Shown here in pieces: positions 11,101 to 17,643 of a stretch of 64,000 bases of DNA; positions within the stretch are counted from its first letter, which is position 1; every line of letters begins with the position of its first letter. The stretch spans positions 82,927-146,926 of the forward strand of contig SVGL01000003.1 of assembly GCA_015056325.1 (NCBI GenBank), read 5' to 3'. The notes beneath the pieces were generated by a model. It made no database searches. It saw only the letters and a program-made list of their open reading frames with translations, and was not told the origin of the DNA. Made by a program: the position numbers and the translations under genes. The stretch comes from Clostridiales bacterium. Lineage in GTDB: Bacteria; Bacillota; Clostridia; Christensenellales; Aristaeellaceae.

Positions 11101-11980
11101 GGCTGCGTATTGGTACACTCAGGCGGCGGAGCAGGGTCATATGGATGCACAACATGAGCTGTCGATGTATTGCTTAAAGGCATCTGACGCGGAAGGCGCT
11201 GCAAAATGGGCCGCTGCCGCAGCAGAGCAGGGGCATGCGACTGCGCAGTACAACCTCGCGCTGTTCTATGAGAATGGATATGGCGTGCCGCAGGATATAG
11301 AACAGGCAGTCTACTGGTATACCCGGTCTGCAGAGCAGGGCGATGCGGATGCGCAGTATGAGGTTGGAATGTATGCGTATATGGCAGAAAATGTGAAAAC
11401 AGCAGCAAAGTGGTTTGCTGCTGCTGCGGAGCAGGGTCATATGGAATCGCAGTTCAACCTTGGCGTGCTTTACGCAAACGGATATGGCGTGCCGCAGGAT
11501 GACGTCCGGGCAGCATACTGGTACACCCAGGCGGCAGAGCAGGGCCATGTGCAGGCGCAATACTACCTTGGTACGCGCTATGAAAACGGCATAGGCGTTC
11601 CCCAGGATGTGGAGAAGGCTGTGTATTGGTACAACCAGGCGGCGGAGCAAGGGCTGGCAGAAGCCCAGTACTATGCCGGAATGTATGCGTACATGGCAGA
11701 CGATATAGACACAGCGGTACGGTGGATGATGGCGGCTGCGGAACAGGGCGACATGGATGCGCAGTATATCATTGCTCGGTTGTACGAATATGGCGAGGGT
11801 GTGCCTGAGGACGATGCCCAGGCGGCTGTCTGGTATGCTCGGGCGGCGAAACAAGGGCATATGGAGGCTCAGTATGCCCTTGGCAGTTGCTACGACGAAG
11901 GACGGGGTGTTCCCCGGGATGCGGAGAAGGCGGCTTATTGGTATGCACAGGCTGCCGCCCAGGGGTACACCGGAGAATAA
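8153..11980 (+). CDS. Secreted Sel1-like repeat (SLR/TPR-family) protein, ~1275 aa
   Basis: Track ORF 8090..11980 trimmed to MKKLLVVILALMMGWSMACAEE, a signal peptide preceded by GAAAGGGAG. About 30 or more repeats of roughly 36 aa follow the pattern A..W...AAEQG...AQ..LG.CY..G.GV.QD. Confidence 0.9.
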   Translation: MKKLLVVILALMMGWSMACAEEQNQELSALMQQAEMGDPIYQYNLGVEYYVGGLVGQDYTQAAAWFRASAEQGHTEAQYWLGECYEHGLGLAQDYAQAAQWYQQAAEQGHTEAQFKLAQLFYLGNGVPQDDVQAAYWYAAAAEQGDATAQHNLGVFYLKGIGLNQDPTQAVQWFTAAAEQGYVDAQIALAMCYYQGDGAAQDFAQAAYWYQRAAEQGDMIAQYNTAICYANGRGVAQDDAQAAYWYQQAAEQGYAEAQFDLALCCYRGEGVPQDDVQAVYWYRQAAQQGHMKAQFALGMCCMQGRGTEENDEEAVFWFAASAEQGYADAQYYLALCYAYGNGVSQSDEMAIYWWTKAAEQGHMQSQANLGAWYSTGKLPVEGYKGAGAAVNYPEAVKWFTLAAEQGHLQAQALLAFCYYDGKGVETDYTEAVKWFRRGAEQGYIEALYMLGQCYHEGKGVPKDNEQAAYWLLRAAEQGEAYEALPDLERTDEEDAGVTIVSLSKVPTTPAAQKEMGDRYFFGKGAEQNYEKAVEMYRMAAEAGHVRAAHMLGLCYYSGWGVENDDELAVKCFTYAAEQGDVNAWYMLGKLYRTGSGVVQDYAKALKWLTAAAEEGHPDALYELGQMYNVGNGVEQDYEKAAAYFQEAAFSADLEGKYSLALFYYYGAGIERDLTKAVQWMHSVANQGVAKAQYCMGVFYAYGEGVEQDYVQAFEWYKKAAEQGNPEAMNNLGACYSDGKGTETDEEQGFFWHLKAAEAGLDIAQWNVALCYENGDGVERNPEQALYWYTQAAEQDYVEAQYKLGESYQEGFYSVYASVGDMQEKTLIRSEGIAEVDDEKSAYWYERAAEQGHMEAQYETGVCYDEGRGVARNAERAMYWYQQAAQQVHAEAQYRLGVIYYFGDVVAQDTEQAAYWFAQAAGQGHEESQFNLGVLYANGYGVPQDDVQAAYWYTQAAEQGYVQAQYYLGTRYENGKGVPQDMEKAAYWYTQAAEQGHMDAQHELSMYCLKASDAEGAAKWAAAAAEQGHATAQYNLALFYENGYGVPQDIEQAVYWYTRSAEQGDADAQYEVGMYAYMAENVKTAAKWFAAAAEQGHMESQFNLGVLYANGYGVPQDDVRAAYWYTQAAEQGHVQAQYYLGTRYENGIGVPQDVEKAVYWYNQAAEQGLAEAQYYAGMYAYMADDIDTAVRWMMAAAEQGDMDAQYIIARLYEYGEGVPEDDAQAAVWYARAAKQGHMEAQYALGSCYDEGRGVPRDAEKAAYWYAQAAAQGYTGE
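10922..11651 (+). repeat. Recent 516-bp (172-aa) tandem super-repeat inside the Sel1 gene
   Basis: 10922-11135 and 11438-11651 align colinearly. By hand count there are about 15 mismatches in the first ~197 nt, far closer than the other SLR units are to each other. Confidence 0.8.
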
Positions 11981-12067
11981 CGGGGGGATCAATCAATGAA
12001 GAAAGGCTGGGGCTGTTGGCGGGGCTGATGCTTTGCGTAGCGCTGGCGGAGGAGCTGGGGGTCGGCA

Positions 12068-12744
12068 TCAGCACCAGGCAGAAAAGAGGATGCTGTCATC
12101 GTCCGCATAGCACCAGGCAAAGGGTTCCAGCAGCTGCGCATTGGTAAGATATGTGCGGGAGATCGCCATGGTTTGTCCGTCAGCAGCCAGCAGAGCAGGA
12201 AGCCCAGCAACAGGCTCATGTAGAAGCGCGGATTCTTGCGCAGGGAGTACAGGTTTCATCCGGCGCAGACGAAGACTTCACGACCATGGCATAGCACAGG
12301 CACAGCGGCTCAAGGTGTGTAGCAGAGGTCGTCTCCGTCATCAAGGCAATCAGACAACCGACACCAGCCCCGATTCCGCCGCAGAGCATCCTGCGCAGCA
12401 TCACTGCCCAGACAGGTGCGAAATCCCCCATGGGGAATAGCTGCCCGGCATAGATCAGCATCATCAGATGGAATACCAGCAGCAAGCCGATTGCAGCCAC
12501 GACTTGAAGCAGCATTCCGCTGACAAAAGTGGACAGTAGCTTTCCAGCGATCCAGCTTTTACGACCTGCACGCAAGACCGCTGGTCGGATGGCTCTTGAA
12601 CTCCTGCAGTGCCTGGGCAGCAAAGGGCAGCGCAGAGCGTGCAGACAGGAACATCACGCCGAAGTCGCCCTGCATCCCCTGCGAAAGCAACAATGCAGCG
12701 TCCAGCCAGAGGCTGTCCTCATACATCTCAATTTCAGACAGCAT
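12068..12744 (-). pseudogene. Possible frameshifted remnant of a small multi-TM membrane protein gene
   Basis: Three consecutive minus-strand ORFs in different frames (12559..12744, 12216..12623, 12068..12259) read on from one another and are hydrophobic. There is no convincing RBS or start. Confidence 0.25.
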
Positions 12745-12749
12745 ATTGA

Positions 12750-13017
12750 TCAGATAGCATCCAGAAGATCAACCTGTTCTTCTGGCTTGAGGTAGGACAC
12801 CTCAACAGCCGGGTTAACGGCAATCTTGCGCTCGTCCACCATGTCCAGCAGGGGCGGTATAAGCTCGGTCAGTGAATATACCGATGCACCTGATTTCGAC
12901 TGTCACCAGTTTGCTGACCAACAATGTCAAGGGCTTGCGGCTACATCCCGATTTGGGATGAAGGGCGATTATGTTTTCCCCCTGATGCCGAATGGCATCC
13001 ACTGAGAGGATTAGCAA
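12750..13017 (-). pseudogene. ParB/Srx-like (mobile-element type) gene fragment
   Basis: The minus-strand frame reads SGASVYSLTELIPPLLDMVDERKIAVNPAVEVSYLKPEEQVDLLDAI*. This matches the RY(I/L)RL.EL.PELL.MVD...IA..PAVELSYL..EEQ motif of ICE/plasmid ParB-like proteins. It is bounded by stops, and the upstream part (GENIIALHPKSGC) is in another frame. Confidence 0.35.
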
Positions 13018-13223
13018 CAGAATCGCTCAATTACTGGGATTCATAGATGAGATTCCAATGGACTCTCAGGAATATGAGAGAATACAAAGAGAATTGGAGG
13101 AATTGGAGCGGCAGCACCGCAATTATCGGATTTTGAGAAAGGTTGGTACATAAAGGGGCTTTTTGTCTATTGCCCGTTTTTACTGGTTCGGTGCAATGAA
13201 GAAAAGTGGCTGCTTCTCCGTAT

Positions 13224-14915
13224 TCACTTATCCATACCGCAGGCATAAGCCGTTTCGATCAGCGCGCGGTCATTCATTACCGCATCGTAGAACCGGAAGC
13301 CCCCGGCAAAGTTATAGGCTTCGTAGCCGTTACCCTCCAGAATGCGGCTGGCAATGTAGCTTCTCAGACCGCTCTGGCAGATGACATAAACCGGCTTGCC
13401 TTTTTCAACCTCGTCCAGACGATCGCGCAGTTCGTCAACGGGGATGTTTTTGAATCCTTCGATGTGTCCCCGGGCGTATTCGCCTTCGGTTCTGGTGTCA
13501 AGCAGCGTTACGCTTCCATCGCGGGGAAGCCCTGCCGCATCTTCCAGCCGCCACTGCCTGAGGATTCCGTTGGCGATGTTCTCGATCATAAAGCCTGCCA
13601 TGTTCACAGGATCTTTAGCGGAAGAATAGGGCGGCGCATAGGCCAGATCCAGATCCTTCAGCTGGGTTGCCTTCAGACCTGCGTGAATGGCGGTGGCCAG
13701 CACGTCGATGCGCTTGTCTACACCTTCATATCCGACAATCTGAGCGCCAAGCAGACGATAGGTTCCTTTCTCAAAGACCACCTTCATCGTCATTACTTTG
13801 CCGCCCGGATAGTAGCTCGCATGACTCATGGGCGAAAGGATCACTGCTTCCGCATCCAGACCGGATTTGCGGGCATTGGTCTCGTTGATGCCGGTGCTGG
13901 CAGCGGTCAGATCGAACACCTTGAGCACGGAGCTTCCCTGACTGCCCGGATATCGGCTGTCGCCTCCGCAGATATTGTCCGCCGCGATACGGCCCTGCTT
14001 GTTTGCGGGACCTGCCAGCGCAATGAGTGCATCCTCACCGGTAACGTAGTGCTTTACCTGCACCGCATCGCCCACAGCGTAGATATCGGGGACGGAGGTC
14101 TCCATCCGGTCATTCACCAGAATGCTGCCCTTGAGGCCAAGCGCCAGTCCTGCATCTTTGGCGAGCGAGGCCTCAGGATTGATGCCGATGGCAAGCACCA
14201 CGAAATCCACGTGAAGGGGCGCAGCGTTTTCCAATAGCACATCCAAACCGTCCGCCTTTTCCTCAAAGCCTTTCACCATGTGCCCTAAAGCCAGCTTCAC
14301 ACCATGCTTGCGCATCTCGCTGTGGATGAAAGCTGCCATATCCGCATCAAAGGGGGAAAGGAGCTGCCTGCCCAGTTCAACAAGTGTCACATCGATTCCA
14401 GCATGACGAAGATTTTCAGCCAATTCCACACCGATGAAGCCTCCGCCTACCAGCACAGCTGATAGGGGCTGATGCTGATTGACATAGTTCCTGATTCGCA
14501 GTGTGTCTTCCACCGTGCGCAGGGTAAATACCTTGCTGCTGCTGATGCCTGGCAAATTGGGCCGGACGGGCTTTGCACCGGGAGACAGCAGGAGCTTGTC
14601 ATAGCTCTCTTCAAAGGATTCGCCTGTCTCCAGATTCTTCACAGCAACAGTCTTTCTGTCGGGGTGGATCGCCGTGACCTCATGATGCACCTTCATCTGT
14701 ATGCGAAAGCGGCTGAAAAAGCGCTCCGGGGTCTGCAGGGTCAATTCCTCAGGATCTTCGATGACGCCGCCGATATAATAAGGAAGACCGCAGTTGGCGT
14801 ATGAAATATATCCGGAACGTTCGAATACCACAATTTCCGCCTGCTCATCCAGTCTGCGGATTCTGGCTGCAGCAGTTGCTCCACCTGCTACGCCACCCAC
14901 GATCACAACCTTCAT
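13224..14915 (-). CDS. CoA-disulfide reductase / NADH oxidase-family flavoprotein with C-terminal rhodanese domain (CoADR-RHD)
   Basis: FAD motif VIVGGVAGGATAA, redox Cys in SYANCGLPYY, and a C-terminal rhodanese with catalytic loop CQSGLRS. Confidence 0.9.
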   Translation of the reverse strand: MKVVIVGGVAGGATAAARIRRLDEQAEIVVFERSGYISYANCGLPYYIGGVIEDPEELTLQTPERFFSRFRIQMKVHHEVTAIHPDRKTVAVKNLETGESFEESYDKLLLSPGAKPVRPNLPGISSSKVFTLRTVEDTLRIRNYVNQHQPLSAVLVGGGFIGVELAENLRHAGIDVTLVELGRQLLSPFDADMAAFIHSEMRKHGVKLALGHMVKGFEEKADGLDVLLENAAPLHVDFVVLAIGINPEASLAKDAGLALGLKGSILVNDRMETSVPDIYAVGDAVQVKHYVTGEDALIALAGPANKQGRIAADNICGGDSRYPGSQGSSVLKVFDLTAASTGINETNARKSGLDAEAVILSPMSHASYYPGGKVMTMKVVFEKGTYRLLGAQIVGYEGVDKRIDVLATAIHAGLKATQLKDLDLAYAPPYSSAKDPVNMAGFMIENIANGILRQWRLEDAAGLPRDGSVTLLDTRTEGEYARGHIEGFKNIPVDELRDRLDEVEKGKPVYVICQSGLRSYIASRILEGNGYEAYNFAGGFRFYDAVMNDRALIETAYACGMDK

Positions 14916-14916
14916 A

Positions 14917-15237
14917 TTATCGTTCCACCTTTCCAGTGTAGGCGGCGATGCCGCCGATGTTGTTCACATTCGTATAGCCCATCTGCTTAAGCAATCCGGT
15001 AGCCTGACGGCTCCGCGCACCGGACTGGCAGTATACATACAGTGCCGTATCTTTATTTTCCGCGACAGACGCTGCTTTGTCAATTGTCTGCAGCGGAACA
15101 TTTTTGCTTCCGGGGATATGCCCGCTCCGGTATTCCTCCGGAGTGCGTACGTCCAGCAGCACAGCGCCGGACGTTCTCTGATATTCCTTTACGCCCTGAT
15201 TCACATCAGGCTGCTTGAAAAAGTCGAAGAAACCCAT
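14917..15237 (-). CDS. Single-domain rhodanese (sulfurtransferase)
   Basis: Track ORF 14917..15339 trimmed to MGFFDFF, which is preceded by GGAGGTG. The longer form would overlap dfx. Active-site loop CQSGARS. Confidence 0.85.
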   Translation of the reverse strand: MGFFDFFKQPDVNQGVKEYQRTSGAVLLDVRTPEEYRSGHIPGSKNVPLQTIDKAASVAENKDTALYVYCQSGARSRQATGLLKQMGYTNVNNIGGIAAYTGKVER

Positions 15238-15320
15238 ATTCACACCTCCGTGTCTTCTTATGTACTTTTGTGATAAAAGAGCCTGACGGTGGATTGCCGA
15301 CAGGCTCTTGTCGGGTGAGG

Positions 15321-15698
15321 TTATACTTCCGTCTTCCACAGACCATGGAGATTGCAGTAGGCATATACGGCGACAGCTTTGTCATCGCCCAGACTGAAGG
15401 TCACGTTGGGTTCTTCGCCGGGCTTGAGGTACTTGCGCTGACCGCTGTTTTCGGTCTCGACATAGACCCATTCGATGTAATGCTCATCGACCATCGGATG
15501 ATTGACGCTGCCGACGTTGACATTGATCGCGCCGTCCTCAACGGTCACAGCGGGGAGGTGCTTCTCGTTGCTGGCTTCGACAGTATTGGGAACCAGCTCT
15601 TCCATCTTCTTGCCGCAGCAGACGACAGGGATGCCGGAATCATTGATCTTTTCGATGATATTTCCGCAGGTACGGCAGATATAAAACTTCGTATTCAT
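15321..15698 (-). CDS. dfx: Desulfoferrodoxin (2Fe superoxide reductase)
   Basis: 125 aa. The N-terminal desulforedoxin-like region has CxxC...CC (CRTCGN...VVCCG). The C-terminal SOR domain has the H...H...C..H ligand pattern (NHPMVDEHYIEW ... YCNLHGLW). AGGAGG RBS. Confidence 0.9.
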   Translation of the reverse strand: MNTKFYICRTCGNIIEKINDSGIPVVCCGKKMEELVPNTVEASNEKHLPAVTVEDGAINVNVGSVNHPMVDEHYIEWVYVETENSGQRKYLKPGEEPNVTFSLGDDKAVAVYAYCNLHGLWKTEV

Positions 15699-15728
15699 AA
15701 GGCGAACCTCCTGTTGTGTTGTTGTTTA

Positions 15729-15756
15729 GATTATACACCTGATTTGCGGATGTGAA
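15729..15756 (-). promoter_or_regulatory. Candidate promoter of the dfx-rhodanese-CoADR operon
   Basis: The minus strand reads TTTCAC, 16 nt, TATAAT about 30 nt upstream of the dfx ATG. Confidence 0.4.
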
Positions 15757-15936
15757 ACGCTGAACTGGGATTTTTAAGAGCAGGACGGGTTTGTCGGAGG
15801 TCATGACTTGATTCTGGAAATTGGATTTATTGATACTCATAAAGATCTGATTCATTGGTCGGATATCTGGGTAAGTAATTAGTGAACAGAAGATAATCCC
15901 GTATGAATGTCAGTACATTTGAAAGGGGTGCAGCGA

Positions 15937-16599
15937 ATGCAATATATCATCGCTTTTCTGGAAGGCATCATCACCTTCATTTCTCCGTGCCTTCTGCCCA
16001 TGCTGCCCATTTACATCTCTTACTTCGCGGGCGGCGGCGAGCGCAGCATGCGTAAAACGCTGACCAGCTCTTTGGGCTTCGTCACAGGGTTCAGCATCAT
16101 CTTCGTCATCCTGGGCGCTCTCGCCGGAACGGTAGGAAGTTTCCTGCGCGAACACCAGACTGCCGTGAACATCGTATCCGGCCTGATCGTGATCTTCTTC
16201 GGCTTGAACTTCCTGGGTGTGTTCCACATCAACCTGTTCAGGGGAAGCAAACGCAGCGTTGTGAAAGAAGACATGAATTTCTTTTCCGCCATGCTCTTTG
16301 GCGTGATCTTCTCTCTGGGCTGGACGCCCTGTGTGGGTGCGTTCCTCGGTTCCGCGCTGATGCTGGCTTCCCAGCAGGGACATGCGGTGCAGGGCATGCT
16401 GATGCTGCTGGCCTATTCGCTGGGCCTCGGCATCCCGTTCATTCTCAGCGCCGTGCTCATTGACTATCTCAAATCCGCATTCAACTGGATCAAGAAGAAC
16501 TATAAGGTCATCAACGCCGGCAGCGGCTGCCTGCTGATCCTGATCGGTATTCTGATGGCGACCGGTACTCTCGGACGACTGCTGAGCCTGCTCAGCTGA
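15937..16599 (+). CDS. ccdA: Cytochrome c biogenesis protein CcdA / DsbD-family thiol:disulfide electron transporter
   Basis: Track ORF trimmed to MQYIIAFLEG. Multi-TM protein with conserved Cys in ISPCLLPMLP and GWTPCVG. Confidence 0.85.
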   Translation: MQYIIAFLEGIITFISPCLLPMLPIYISYFAGGGERSMRKTLTSSLGFVTGFSIIFVILGALAGTVGSFLREHQTAVNIVSGLIVIFFGLNFLGVFHINLFRGSKRSVVKEDMNFFSAMLFGVIFSLGWTPCVGAFLGSALMLASQQGHAVQGMLMLLAYSLGLGIPFILSAVLIDYLKSAFNWIKKNYKVINAGSGCLLILIGILMATGTLGRLLSLLS

Positions 16600-16612
16600 T
16601 GAGGTGAGATTT

Positions 16613-17251
16613 ATGAAGAACAAAAAGACATTGCTAATGATCCTCCTGGTGTTCGTTCTCCTGATCGGCGGTGCATATGTGCTGTATGACAGGCTGGGCC
16701 AGGATGTGACCGCTGAACAGATGATTGTCCATGCCACACCCCAGCCCACTGCCGAACCCGCAGGGGAAGAAATGATTCCGGAAGGCGAATCAGCTGCAGT
16801 GGCAGACACGCCTGCGAATGAGGAACCCGAAGCTATCATTGCGCCCGACTTCCAGGTTATCGACAAAGACGGCAACCCCGTGAAGCTGAGCGACTTCTTC
16901 GGCAAGCCTATCGTGCTGAACTTCTGGGCAAGCTGGTGCGGACCGTGCCAGAGCGAAATGCCCGATTTCAATGAGAAGTATGCCGAGCTTGGCAGTGAGA
17001 TTCACTTCGTCATGGTCAACATGACAGACGGCAGACGCGAAACCATTGAAACAGCCTCTGCTTTCATCGAGAAAAACGGATATGATTTCCCTGTGCTGTT
17101 CGATACTCAATCTGACGCAGCTATGACCTATGGAGCCTATTCGCTTCCGACTTCCTTCTTCATCAACGCGGAAGGGCATGTGATCGCACAGGCGGTGGGA
17201 GCCATCGATGCAGCTACGCTCCAAAAAGGCATCAATATGATCACTAACTGA
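16613..17251 (+). CDS. Membrane-anchored TlpA/ResA-like thioredoxin-fold protein
   Basis: GAGGTGAG RBS before MKNKKTLL, an N-terminal TM anchor, and the thioredoxin active site WASWCGPC. Confidence 0.85.
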   Translation: MKNKKTLLMILLVFVLLIGGAYVLYDRLGQDVTAEQMIVHATPQPTAEPAGEEMIPEGESAAVADTPANEEPEAIIAPDFQVIDKDGNPVKLSDFFGKPIVLNFWASWCGPCQSEMPDFNEKYAELGSEIHFVMVNMTDGRRETIETASAFIEKNGYDFPVLFDTQSDAAMTYGAYSLPTSFFINAEGHVIAQAVGAIDAATLQKGINMITN

Positions 17252-17385
17252 GAAAACAGTGATTCCAACACTTCATATGGAAGAAGATGAATCGAATGAA
17301 TAGGAAACGCAAAAACGTACGCACCGGGATACTCTTGCTGCTTGTTGTCTTGCTGGGTGTATCATAATCAACCGGATTAGCCAAT

Positions 17386-17414
17386 GCCGTGGACGAGAAG
17401 GTCCGCGGCTTTTT
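17386..17414 (+). terminator. Rho-independent terminator after the ccdA-tlpA operon; lies within copy 2 (17380-17414) of the 35-bp direct repeat
   Basis: The hairpin GCCGTGGAC-gagaag-GTCCGCGGC plus TTTTT is identical to the one at 7794-7823. Confidence 0.7.
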
Positions 17415-17643
17415 GCCTGTGTGAAAGAATTTCACCCAGGGGGATGAAATCGCAGGGATTTGGAAAATTCATGTAGAATCTATACAAATTACAATGGTTT
17501 GAAACGAGATTTTTGATGCGGGAAGGAACATGCTGATGCTGCATTTGATTCTCGTTCTGACAGCTTTGCTGCTGTTGGAGTGCATCGGTGCAATGGCGGA
17601 GCAGGGCAATGCGGGAGAATAATACGGAAAGGAAACAGCCGCT

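Noticed and set aside
8075-11992. Minus-strand ORFs across the Sel1 gene (8075..9799, 9920..11155, 11174..11992) with their own periodic LLRR..IP pattern
   Set aside because: The periodicity is simply the reverse-complement image of the Sel1 repeats. The plus-strand protein has a signal peptide, an RBS and canonical SLR motifs.
14917-15339. Long form of the rhodanese ORF (140 aa) overlapping the 3' end of dfx
   Set aside because: The N-terminal 34 codons have no rhodanese homology and overlap dfx. A strong GGAGGTG RBS precedes the internal ATG at 15237.
17287-17367. 26-codon ORF MNRMNRKRKNVRTGILLLLVVLLGVS* (a type-I-toxin-like small hydrophobic peptide) between tlpA and the terminator
   Set aside because: The RBS is weak (GGAAGAAG directly abutting the ATG). 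There is no antisense RNA signature or conservation evidence available, and it is too short to support from sequence alone.
7788-17414. An intact integrative element, ICE or prophage at tRNA-Arg
   Set aside because: No integrase, recombinase, relaxase, or capsid or terminase genes lie between the direct repeats. Only a ParB-like fragment is present. I report it as a possible decayed island or duplication rather than a mobile element.
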